A stretch of DNA of 63,359 nucleotides, the filler included, from Squatina squatina (lineage: Eukaryota), in NCBI GenBank assembly GCA_031763465.1. It is 4 parts of 4 records of this genome, joined end to end, with 100 filler letters (N's around TTAATTAATTAA, not from the genome) between each part and the next. Parts side by side here need not be neighbours in the genome. Positions count along the whole stretch, not along the records: positions 1 to 22,072 come from JARFOE010000115.1; positions 22,173 to 37,389 come from JARFOE010586315.1; 2 more parts are not named here. The stretch is one strand, 5' to 3'. Shown here one piece after another: positions 12,761 through 24,688 of this stretch. Below the pieces are notes generated by a model. The model had not been told where the DNA came from, did no database searches, and saw only the letters and a list, made by a program, of their open reading frames with translations. The number at the start of each line of letters is the position of its first letter. Positions within the stretch are counted from its first letter, which is position 1. The position numbers and the translations under genes were made by a program.

Positions 12761-13525
12761 GCATTTCAGAGCCCTCCCCACCCCCCGCAGCATGCACTGG
12801 GAGTGCGTACCAGGAAATTGGGCCCCTTATGTACGAATGAACTGGAACATTGTAGTCTACTAAGTTCCACTGGAAATTATGCGAATGCAAGATTTGTGCT
12901 ATTTAGCATCAGAAAAATCCATTTATCGGTGTTAATGCTCTACAGGATTGTCTGCCATTCATAGCTGCCTATTGCAATTAGGTGAAGCTATTCACCAGAG
13001 CTTCACACAATATCAAAGTATTTCATTGAGGAAGAGAGAAAAACTTGATATTGGAGATTGTTTTTATCTGACCAGCCCAGTACATCTCATAAACTCCCCA
13101 CCATCAGTGCTGATGGTGCCTTTGGAGGAATCTGCAAGGTGGGATGTGTTACCATCCCAACTAAGGCAGACCAGTTGAGGCAATAGACTTGGTGGGGAAC
13201 AGAAATGCGTCATTTCAAAAAACAAAGAAACTGTCATCCAGCACTACACTGCACTTTGAGCACTTCATTGCGCAGGGGATCTCTGCAGACTTGGCTGAGA
13301 ATTGTCTGAAGGAATTTCCCTCAGGGTAAGGGATAACAGGGCCAAGGAATGAGATGTTTTTTATCTACTTGACACCTACTGTAGTCATTCAATAAGGCAA
13401 CAAGCTACTGAATCTATCTCCACAGTAGAATGGTAATAGTGAAGTCAATTGTATTGTATGTGGGCCCTTGGAGAAAGATATCTTCCTATTAAATATCAGT
13501 GAGAAAGTATAACAGAGGGATGTAC

Positions 13526-14562
13526 CTTTTAATTTTCTCAACTTTCTTTTTCTGGACCCGTGTGTTGAGCAGCATTGACTGTTCCATGAAGGCTGCTTCG
13601 TATAGCCGTCGAACAAAGAGCTGGGATGTCCTTTCAATTCTTTGAATATGTTGGCCCCACACGTAGAATGTTGAGAAAAGCAGCCCTAGCCAAAAGCATA
13701 TAGCCAAAGAGCCAAGCAGTGCCAAGCCAACTCTGTTCGAATCTAATATTGCCTGCGCTCTGCAAAGGCTGCGAGGGATTTCTAAAAGCAGAATTTGCAT
13801 AGCGTCGCTATTGTTGACGGTTTTTAAAGTGTCGCAGAGGGCAGTCAGGTTAAAGGTGGCCTCTTCGCCATACTTGCTGGAACTGTCGTAAAGCACAATC
13901 AAAAAGACAAAAAGCACTATCGGAGTGGCTAATATGGAAGGCACGATGAAGCTGCGTCTGACAGCATGCATTTTACATGCCAGAACACCAAACCAGTGGC
14001 AAAGGACGGAAGAAACCCCCTGTATTCCAAAGAGACTCAAGATCATTTTTAAATCGAATTGCGAGACTGCTTTCACATCTTCCCAGTTATACTGCTTTAT
14101 TGGGATCCATGCTGCCACTACAGCACCAGTGACTAGAATTTTAACTGTACTGGTACAAAGATACGTGATGTTTCTAGTGTGTCGCAAGCTTTCCCTTATA
14201 TTTTCCATCCATCCAATTTTACAGTACAATGTAAAGTTTTCCCACCAATTGAAAGATACTAGTATTAAGGCAACTATTGCAAGGCCCACATATGGTTGAA
14301 TGTACTTAACCTCCTCTGAATGCTGCTGAGGGTTGTGCGCTAAAACGAAAAGCAATAGTCCCAGGAAAACAAAGCCAAAGCCTACCAGTGGGAGTAACAT
14401 AGAAGGTTTGAGGGGTTTCAGCTGAAACGCTACTTGCAGAAGTGAGGGAAAAAGGCAAACACCATTCAAAATGGACAGATTGGTTATAATGTCAAAGTGA
14501 GGCATGCAGACCAACACCAGGATTGAAGTGCCAAAAGCAACAACTGCTTCGATGGAGCAAAC
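13526..14562 (-). CDS. chs: Chitin synthase exon (large N-terminal multi-TM exon)
   Basis: Open 1037-bp exon inside ORF 13489-14613. Acceptor cacttctattgccag|GTTTGC, donor AAAAG|gtacat. Hydrophobic peptide with WWENF, LACKM and RIERTSQLFVRRLYEAAFMEQSMLLNTR, typical of metazoan CHS N-terminal region. Phase 0 to 2 matches the next exon. Confidence 0.92.
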
Positions 14563-16611
14563 CTGGCAATAGAAGTGGGGGGGGGAACAACCAGAAAGTA
14601 AAACAAAGCTCAATTATAATGTTGCAATACACTTAAACGATGTCACACTTGGAATAAAGTGTTGGACGGAAAAGGTTCTTTATTTGCGTTCAGTTAGTTT
14701 CATCCATTTTGATATGTTAGTTCCAAATTTTATTCCGTGGGGAAACTCCTCTCGCACTGGAATGGCTGGTTTGGCAAATTTTCAGGTCATGCCTTTTGAC
14801 GCTGAGGAAAGCACTAAGCTTCCAGTAATAAAGCTATTCAAACATCAGGAATAGCTTCAGTACTAAACTATGAACCCTAAGCTGTGAAAATAAATGTAAT
14901 AATCAACTCAATGTGACATGTAAGCATCTTGCCAGCATTGAACCTTTTTCTCCTATTTCCACCTTCTTCCTTGTTTTCTATGTCCTTTTTTAATTTTAAC
15001 ATTAATTTTACTCTTTGTTCTAATATACTCTATCCTAGTTTTTATTTTCTTTGTTTATATAACACTACCGATTCTCTCAAGGTGTTGCCCATGGAATGAT
15101 AGGATCAGGTACGTTTCTAAGTAATGCTGTAGATAGTGATCTGCAACTTCAGAAGTTTATGAAGCCCCACCTGGTAATAGGAATGTGCAGCTGCAGACAT
15201 GACTGTGTCACAGAATGGTGAGATCCAAGTAAGAAGTAAGAAGTGTGGGATGAACTGTCATATTTAATATATGATATTAAATATTCAACTTATATTTTTT
15301 CTTTCTGCCTTTTTGCTTCCACGGTGTGTTTTGAGAAATAACTTTGAAAAGTTAGCTAAGAACGGCTCCAAAGGGGGTTACTCCTATAACAACAGCACTG
15401 AAGATTAAAGTTGTCTCTTTCCAGGTTTTACTCATTTAGGCTCAGAAAAAGCAGATTTGCCAACAGTTACTATTTCCTCAAACCTCCTGCTTTGTGTCAG
15501 CTCTTTGTCAATACATCATCATAGGTACAAAAGTATTTGTATAATTTAAATGAAGATCTGTTTAAATTAGAAAAAAAAAGTGCAGAAGCACTTAGGGTGC
15601 CCAATTCGTGTTTTGGGCGTTTCTAGCGCTAAGCGCCGAATTTTGCGCTGGAAATGGGACTCTTTGAAAATTTGCCTTGAACCCTCCAATTAGCCACTTT
15701 AGATNNNNNNNNNNNNNNNNNNNNNNNNNNNNNNNNNNNNNNNNNNNNNNNNNNNNNNNNNNNNNNNNNNNNNNNNNNNNNNNNNNNNNNNNNNNNNNNN
15801 NNNNTGTGCTGCCATGACTTACCCTTTAATTAACTTAAATTAAATCAAATCAAAACCCATTAATTACACTACAATTAAATTATTTTAATTAGTTAATGTG
15901 TGCTCTTCTCAATATAACTTGGAGCAGTGACTGTGAATGCTGGTTAACTTGATGAGTAGTTGGGGTAAGCCCTTAAAGTACTTGGGGGCATAAAGTCGTC
16001 TGTTCAATCTTGTTCCTTACTTTTATTTGTAGCTCACAAAGTAGTTGAAGTTTAAGTGCTTTCAATTTGAAGTGTACTTTCTTAGATTAATTGTATGCAG
16101 TACAAATTTCAAGTTGTCACTATTGATGAGAATTTTCTCCAGGAGTGCTACAAAGCAGAATAAATTTAGTTTTGTGCTTCCTAGTTTCTTTACAGGTTCA
16201 ACATTTGTACTCTGTGGTACTTGTGAATAGCACTATGCAGTGCTTCTGCATAGGTTGGACAGAAACCAGCTCAAATGTTATGCATTAATTTAAAAAAATA
16301 GTGCAAGTGGAATTTACATTTTTTTGAGTTAACATTCCTGCCCCCCTCAAGGAAACTTTTATATTTTGGATCTGATCTCAATGCTGATCTTTAATATTTT
16401 GAAAAGTCAATTAACATAACTTCACAAAAATTGTAAAAAGCTGTCTGATTGTTTAATAATAAGTCAACTTATTTTTCTCTTCTGGTTTCTGATGAACCTT
16501 CCTTGCTATGCCCTCGCTCCATTTATTCTAGAGTTCTGACTCCAGATACTTTAAACAAACAAGAGCTTCAAACCTTTTGGATATCGCCAGTGCCCAAACA
16601 GACTCATTTAA

Positions 16612-16752
<141 letters not shown>

Positions 16753-16853
16753 TNNNNNNNNNNNNNNNNNNNNNNNNNNNNNNNNNNNNNNNNNNNNNNN
16801 NNNNNNNNNNNNNNNNNNNNNNNNNNNNNNNNNNNNNNNNNNNNNNNNNNNNN

Positions 16854-17904
16854 CTCCCAGAGTCACAATGCGGATTCCGCCCATCAAGAGGCACAATCGA
16901 CAAGTCTAAGCAAAGTGCAGGGAGCAGCATCAACCTCTGTACATGGCCTTTTTTCACCTTCGACTCTCAACCGGGAGGGACTATGGAGAGTTCTCTTCAA
17001 ATTTGTCTGCCCGCAAAAATTCATCACCATCCTCCGACTGCTTCACGATGACATGCAAGCCGTGATCCTCACCAATGGTTCAACCACAGACCCAATACAA
17101 GTGCAAACTGGGGTCAAACAAGGCTGTGTCATCGCACGAATGCTCTTCTCCATCTTTCTCGCCACAACACTCCATTCCATTTCCACGAAGCTCTCTGCTG
17201 GAGTGGAGCTAATCTACAGGACGAGCGGGAAACTGTTCAACCTCTGTTGTCTGCAGTCCAGAACCATGACCTCTGTCATCGAGCTGTAGTATGCAGACAG
17301 CGCTTACGTGTGTGCCCACTCAGAGACTGAGCTCCAAACCATCGTCGATTCATTCACTCAGGNNNNNNNNNNATCTGCAGGATGAGTGGGAAACTGTTCA
17401 ACCTCCACCCAGTCCAGAACCAAGACCACCCCAACCTCTATCATCAAACTGCAGTATGTAGACTACACTTGCATGTATGCACATTCGGAGGCTGAGCTCC
17501 AATCCATTGTCGATTTATTCACTGAGGCGTACGAGAGAATGGGCCTCACCTTAAACATCTGCAAGACAAAGGTCCTACACAAGTCTGCCCCAGCTGCACA
17601 ACATTTCCCCCCGACTATCAAGATCCACGGCGAGCCCCTGGACAATATGGATCACTTTCCATATTTTGGGAGCCGCCTCTCAGCGAGGACATAGGTGACG
17701 AAATCCAACACCGTCTCCAGTGTGCCAGCACAGCCTTCGGCCGCTTCGGGAAAAGTGTTGGAAGATAAAGACCTCAAACCCAGCACCAAGCTCATGGTCT
17801 ACAGGGCAGCAGTAATACCTGCCCTCCTGTATGCATCGGAGACATGGACAATATACAGTAAACACCTCAAAGCACTGGTGAAGTACCACCAACACTGCCT
17901 CCGC
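16854..17904 (+). mobile_element. RTE-clade LINE RT fragments
   Basis: LPESQCGFRP.RGT, TGVKQGCVIA..LFS.F, GL.LN..KTKVL and TKL.VY.A.V.P.LLY.SETW motifs, with stops and frameshifts. Confidence 0.92.
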
Positions 17905-18316
17905 NNNNNNNNNNNNNNNNNNNNNNNNNNNNNNNNNNNNNNNNNNNNNNNNNNNNNNNNNNNNNNNNNNNNNNNNNNNNNNNNNNNNNNNNNNNNNNNN
18001 NNNNAGAGTTTCCATCAGTTTTTTAATTATTAGATTTTTCCGAGCTGGTAGTTTGGCTAAAAACCTGAATTCTGACCTGCAGACAGAATTCTCCTCCGTG
18101 GTCTTAATGGATCCCAAGAAATATGCACATCATGTTAGTGACATCATCATGTGCATTGTGTGAAAACATCACTAACTGGATGCATGCGCGTCCTGGGACC
18201 CAACTTTCAGGGCCAAGTCTGGGAAGGGAGGCTAGTTTTGGATTAATTGCCATAAATGTGTTGAATTTGGGATATGTTCAGGCCTACTTGTAAATTGTAA
18301 GTTGGTCATTATTTAG

Positions 18317-18475
18317 CGCCATCTGGAGCTTTACAAGAACATGTACAGGCTGTTGAACGCTATGCGTTTACACTACATGGATCTACTGAGCAAGAAAGTT
18401 CAACAGCAGCGACTTGAAATCAAAGAGCGAGATCTTCAGTTCCAGCGTAACATTGAGGAGCAGGAGAAGAAGCAG
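18317..18475 (+). CDS. Candidate internal exon of an unidentified coiled-coil protein
   Basis: cattatttag|CGC...AAGCAG|gtaatg, 159 bp, open, phase 0-0. Encodes RHLELYKNMYRLLNAMRLHYMDLLSKKVQQQRLEIKERDLQFQRNIEEQEKKQ, a protein-like E/Q/K-rich helix. Confidence 0.6.
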
Positions 18476-19659
18476 GTAATGCATTAATGAAGAGCTCTGT
18501 ATAGGTGAGAACATTCTCACTTGTTGGAATGACATGTACACTTTGTTTGGGAGGCACATTTCAGTGTGTTGTGGGATTCTCAATAGGATTTAAGCAAAAG
18601 GTTATGTTTGTACTTGGGGAGCGAAGTACTTGACCTACCCTTTGCTACTTCCGTATAATAGCATAAATACAATTGGCGGCAAAATTCTACAATTAACATT
18701 TTGTTAGTCAGTGCACNNNNNNNNNNAACAAAGCTCAACAGATAACAGTTTATGATGTGAAAATTAATATGAAACATCACAAATTATTTTCAATAGAGGA
18801 AGGTACTGGAAATGTCACCACCTTGTCATCTTAAATAAAAAGCAATATGGAGTGAATTGATAAAATTTTGCAAATTACTCACTTGTCCTTCCATTATAAA
18901 ATAATAAACAGCAATCAATGCAACATCATCATAGAGGCAGGGATTAGTGTCCTATTACACAATGTAGATATCGATGAGGAAAGCCATTTAGCCCATATTG
19001 TGGAATCACTTCCAGCGATGTGCAGTGAGTTCAGAGCAATAATGGCTAAAGTATAAAATTTGTTCTGCAATATTTTCTTATTCAGGAGAGTTATGTGAAA
19101 CCTACAGTCAGTGCTGGTCTGTATAGTTAGACAGAGACAGCCCTTGCATCAATTTCTCTTTGCCACCTGTCTGCACAGGTAGGGAGCCACTGTGCTGGCA
19201 GTCTGTGTCTCCGCAGGCATGTGCTCTACTTCATTTATAATATGCTGCTGCCCCCAAAGATGGCGCTATCTCCGGAAGATAACAGTGTAATAAACAGAAT
19301 ATTAATTAATGCATTTGTGTCCCGGTCTTGTGGGCAACTATCCTTAGTAAACCTTGGCAAATTTACTTTCATGTTGTAGTTGGCTGCACAAGACTCTTGC
19401 ATTGTGAGGCGGCGTCACCAGCACAGGGCTTTTGCAATATAAAAGCAGCTTTTGTAAGGCAGTTTGTCCTTTCTGCATATTATTTTTAATTAACTTTGAA
19501 GAATTGAAAGCTAACAGACCAATTTATAAAAAAAGGTTTGAAAGTAGTTTGCTTGGTACAAATATGTTGTCTACTAAACAGATCATGTAAAATGTAAAAC
19601 TTCACAAAAGTTTTGTAGATATAGCCTGCTGAGTATTTCAGTTAAACCTATTCGATAGT

Positions 19660-19872
19660 GTTCGTGAGGTTGTGGCATTGGGTGATTCATGGAGCACGCA
19701 AGACCTTGCTCGGCCAAGACCGTGTGGTAGCCGGTGTGCAACGGCCAGCCCGCATTAAAAGAATTCACACACCGGCATCTTCCACCCCTTCAAAATGAAG
19801 TTTGGGACCTGGAACGTCAGGACCCTCATATTTTAAGTCATCCTCGACCTCGAGGGTCTGCCTAAGAGAGAG
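19660..19872 (+). mobile_element. Short RTE-derived element (5' leader plus MKFGTWNVRTL joined to a 3'-end-like sequence)
   Basis: ATG at 19795 encodes MKFGTWNVRTL (APE endonuclease motif I), followed by agtcatcctcgacctcgagggtctgcctaagagagaga. Confidence 0.6.
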
Positions 19873-22072
19873 AGGAGCTTGAGAGACCTGGTGAGGATGT
19901 GCCATGCCACCTGCCCAGCGGAGGCCGAGGAGAAGGCTGCCAATGGCTTCCGAGTCATGGGACCCAGAACTCTCCGGTTACTCTCCTAAAAAGAAGGATG
20001 TTGGAGGAACATTGTGCAGGCTCTGAGGTCACTCTTTGAGGATGTGAGGCAACTGACGGGGTGACTCTTGAGTCTACAGGTCTCATTTGTGGCAACATCG
20101 GGTAAGCTTTTCCTTCCTTGCGGGCACCAATGGCGCAGCTTCACTGTAATCTGCAGCAGATCCCCAGCTAAGAAGCGGCCAGGGATCCGTCACTGCCTCC
20201 ACCTTCATAGAAGTACAGACTGCAGCTCATGAGCAATATTTGATCATGGCTGAACATGATCTTGTTCTCAGTTACCATCAGTGGCAAAAACAGACGAGAA
20301 ACGTTTTTGGAGCAGTCTGCAGTGATCCCTTTAAAGATTGATGGGCCAGTCACTCAGTGCTCAGCTACACAGGGCAAGCAGTAGAAAACCAAAGTTGCAT
20401 CGGGGTCCTACATATCGCTTAGGTATCAATTTAAATATTTTAATAAGACTCCCGCCTATTTTAGGCAGGAGCGTTGGCCACCCATTTCAAGGATTGTTCA
20501 AAAATTGAGCTGGGCGAGAAGTCAACAATATGTTTTTAAAAGATTTTTGGCTTTGTACCGCCCCATTAACACTGAAAAATGGGGTAGTAGGCTGATGAAG
20601 ATCACCCACTTGGTCTGTTTCCCCAGGCTATGGAGCAGAAAAAAGATCAGCAAGACTTTCTGGGGCCCCAATTGGTCTGATTAGTGGGCGTGAAATCAGC
20701 GTAGAGGCCTAAATTTACAAAATGAGGCCTTGGGCCAGGCGCCCCGGCGGCATATAGGCCCCACCGCCGAGGATGCAGTTGGTGCCAGTGTTGGACATGC
20801 AACGTCATAATGTCACGCACCGACCCTTCAGTGCCTGCCTGCGACCCCACCGTGCGCCGCTGGGGCGCAGCCTCTGGANNNNNNNNNNGCTGTCGGCCGC
20901 CATCTTTAAACAGTATTGTCAGCCGATGTGTGGCGACCGTTCGCCCTCGAGGAGAGCACCCCCACACTCACCGGCATGCTCTCTGGCATACCGGCACCTT
21001 CCTCAAATTTTTGACTTACCTGGTGGCCCCTTGGGCCCTGGATCCTCTTTAGCCGCGTAAGACTTCGGCCCTTGCCTTTAAGGCAGGGGGCGGGGCCACG
21101 GCTCGCGCATGCGTGGTTGCACTGGCAGCGTGATGCTGGTCCGAAACACAGCCTAAGAGACCAAGGCCGCCTCACTGTGCATCGCTGGTGGTNNNNNNNN
21201 NNNNNNNNNNNNNNNNNNNNNNNNNNNNNNNNNNNNNNNNNNNNNNNNNNNNNNNNNNNNNNNNNNNNNNNNNNNNNNNNNNNNNNNNNNNNCTGTAATT
21301 ATTTATAATGGGGAAAATCCAGTATAATGCATTATTGACTGTGTGGAAAATTGTTCCTACTTAAATAAACATAGGCTGGAAGATTCAGAGCAGTGGAAAG
21401 TGGCTAAAAGCAACAGTTGCAGCCAAAGTACAATTTTCTACCTATCAGAAATTGGGCAGAAAATAAACAATGTTTTTGCTTTCCAAAAAAGGGGGGATAT
21501 GCACTTTGCATAAATAACTTCAGAGAAGTCCGAGAACATTACTGAATCTTCATTTCCCTTTTTCTTGTAAGAAGCAGAGTTGTTTTGCAGCCAGTAATTG
21601 CTGCTTATTATGGCACACAATGAAAAGAGGGCAGAGAAGGACTACAAACAGTTTTATAGGCTTGACAGCAGGGATCTTTTGGTACAAATTGCTGGATAAA
21701 TGAAACAGCCTGTTGTTTCCTCAGTTAAAACGGTGAGTTATGTCAAAGAAGGAGAGGTGGAGCAGCATCAGCAGGCAGTGTTAAGGTTACCTGCTGAGTC
21801 CTAATTGGTGGCCAGTGTTGTTAATGGCTTCCTGTGGCTGAGTGTTTACATGTCATTTGCTCGGTGCTTTGTATCTCAGCTACTAGAGCCACTGACTAGT
21901 TACTCTATCTTTTTTTTAGAATACCACAAGGCGGTTATTTGGTCAGTGGTCAGAATATTCCCAGCTCCATTATAATATCAGATATCTTCAGTCTATTCCA
22001 AAGTCACATTATTACATGGTATGTCTCATGAATCTTCTGTTTTGTAACCCCTTATCAAAAAAACCTTGAATC

Positions 22073-22172
22073 NNNNNNNNNNNNNNNNNNNNNNNNNNNN
22101 NNNNNNNNNNNNNNNNTTAATTAATTAANNNNNNNNNNNNNNNNNNNNNNNNNNNNNNNNNNNNNNNNNNNN
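22073..22172. other. Artificial scaffold-joining linker N44-TTAATTAATTAA-N44
   Basis: A 12-mer giving stops in all six frames, centred exactly in a 100-nt gap. Confidence 0.95.
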
Positions 22173-22892
22173 TCTGATGGTGAACTGAGAAAACACTTGG
22201 TAAAACAAGGTCAGGTACAAATCAACAAGCTGCTTTATTTCACAGCAAGTGAATGTGCAGACCACCACTTAATTCAATCAGTATTGTTCATCTTTGCATA
22301 ATAATATCAAATAATGAACATGCCATGCTTCCCCAAATCAGCAGGTTACTTGACTTAAATAACTTCTAACTACTCTCCTGCATGCTACCTCTGCATGTGT
22401 CCAAAGCTTGCCCTGGGAGCTTTCTGTTGAAGACATGACTAACTGCCCACTGTTTTTTTTCATCTTTCTCTAGTCATAGCCAGAAGGAACAGAGATTTCC
22501 CAACATAATGGGTGCAAGGTGCTTATCAATTGCTCAGTCAGGTTAACACATTATTTACTTTGTACAGTCTATTGCAAAACATAATCAATGCTTAGTTGTT
22601 TAGCATTATAAACAGCTATTGTCTCTGCCTTTTAAAAAAAAAAGAAATCCCAAAAAGTGACATAGATTAATGAAAAATTGAGCTATGGGGTAGCATTTTA
22701 TAACTGCTGGCCATGAAATGCTTCTAAATGTGGTGTTGTTATGACCAGCACAAAACATTTGGATTTGTGTGCAAACTTTAAGAAATATCCACTTTCTATA
22801 CTCAACTGTCTATTGGAAATACTCAGGTGTAATAAAGCTAATATTAGTGCTCCATCAATGAATGGTAATCATATCGCCGCCAAGCACAGAAA

Positions 22893-24688
22893 TCTAACTT
22901 TCTCCTACTCCTCAGTTTTGCACTCTAAATTTCCCCCAGTCCTCAGGGTTGCACTCTAAATTTCTCCCAGTCCTCAGGTATGCACAGTAAATTTCACCGA
23001 GTCCTCAGATATGGACTTTAAATTTCTCCTAGTCCTCAGTTTTGCACTCTAAATTTCTCCCAGTCCTCAGGGTTGCACTCTAAATTTCTCCCAGTCCTCA
23101 GGTATGCACTCTAAATTTCTCCCAGTCCCCAGGTATGCACTCTAAATTTCTCCCAGTCCTCAGCTATGCACACTAAATTTCTCCCAGTCCCAAGGAATGC
23201 ACTATAAATTTCTCAAAGTCCTCAGTTATGCACACTAAATTTCTCGCAGTCCTCAGGTGTGCACTCTAAATTTCTCCCAGTCCTCAGGTATGCACTCTAA
23301 ATTTCTCCCAGTCCCCAGGTATGCACTCTAACTTTCTCCCAGTCCTCAGGTTTGCACTCTAAATTTCTCCCAGTCCCCAGGTATGCACTCTAAATTTCTT
23401 CTGGTCCTCAGCTATGCACTCTAAATTTCTCCAAGTCCCCAGGTATGCAATCTAAATTTCTCCCAGTCCCCAGGTATGCACTCTAAATTTCTCGCAGTCT
23501 CCAGTTATGCACTCTAAATTTCTCACAGTCCTCAGGTTTGCACTCTAAATTTCTCGCAGTCTCCAGTTATGCACTCTAAATTTCTCCCAGTCCCCAGGTA
23601 TGCACTCTAAATTTCTCGCAGTCTCCAGTTATGCACTCTAACTTTCTCCCAGTCCTCAGGTTTGCACTCTAAATTTCTCCCAGTCCTCAGGTTTGCACTC
23701 TAACTTTCTCCCAGTCCTCAGGTTTGCACTCTAAATTTCTCCCAGTCCCCAGGTATGCACTCTAAACTTCTCCCAGTCCCCAGGTCTGCACTCTAAATTT
23801 CTCGCAGTCTCCAGTTTTGCACTCTAAATTTCTCCCAGTCCTCAGGTCTGCACTCTAAATTTCTCCTAGTCCTCAGTTATGCACTCTAAATTTCTCCCAG
23901 TCCTCAGGTATGCACTGTAAATTTCTCCCAGTCCCCAGGTATGCACTCTAAATTTCTCCCAGTCCTCAGGTATGCACACTAAATTTCTCCCAGTCCTCAG
24001 GTCTGCACTCTAAATTTCACCCAGTCCTCAGTTTTGCACACTAAATTTCTCCCAGTCCTCAGGTATGGACTCTAAATTTCACCCAGTCCTCAGTTTTGCA
24101 CTCTAAATTTCTCCCAGTCCTCAGGGTTGCACTCTAAATGTCTCCCAGTCCCCAGGTATGAACTCTAAATTTCTCCCCGTCCTCAGTTTTGCACACTAAA
24201 TTTCTCCCAGTCCCAAGGAATGCACTATAAATTTCTCACAGTACTCAGTTATGCACTCTAAATTTCTCGCAGTCCTCAGGTATGCACTCTAAATTTCTCC
24301 CAATCCTCAGGTATGCACTCTAAATTTCTCCCAGTCCCCAGGTATGCACTCTAAACTTCTCCCAGGCCTCAGGTATGCACTCTAAATTTCTCCCAGGCCC
24401 CAGGTATGCACTCCAAATTTCTCCCAGTCCTCAGGAACGCACTCTAAATTTCTCCCAGTCCTCAGGTATGCACTCTAAATTTCGAACAAGTCCTCAGGTA
24501 TGCACACTAAATTTCTCCCAGTCCTCAGATATGCAATCTAAATTTTTCCCAGTCCCCAGCTATGCACTCTAAATTTCTCCATCCTCAGGTATGCAATCTA
24601 AATTTTTGCCAGTCCTCAGGTGTGCACTCTAAATTTCTCCCGGTCCTCAGGTATGCACTCTAAATTTCTCCCAGTCCTCAGTTTTGCA
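22893..24688. repeat. 31-bp tandem satellite, about 58 copies
   Basis: Consensus TAAATTTCTCCCAGTCCTCAGGTATGCACTC, read directly. Copy number is span divided by 31. Confidence 0.97.

Noticed and set aside
13925-14299. 124-aa plus-strand ORF
   Set aside because: Antisense shadow of the large chs exon, with no independent support.
1117-14562. Chitin synthase as fungal or arthropod contamination, or recent HGT
   Set aside because: Its introns contain the same vertebrate CR1/SINE families as the other scaffolds, and the motifs are of metazoan type.
16469-16522. Possible chs start exon MERGHSKEGSSETRREK on the minus strand
   Set aside because: An in-frame TAA follows codon 17 with no usable donor before it.
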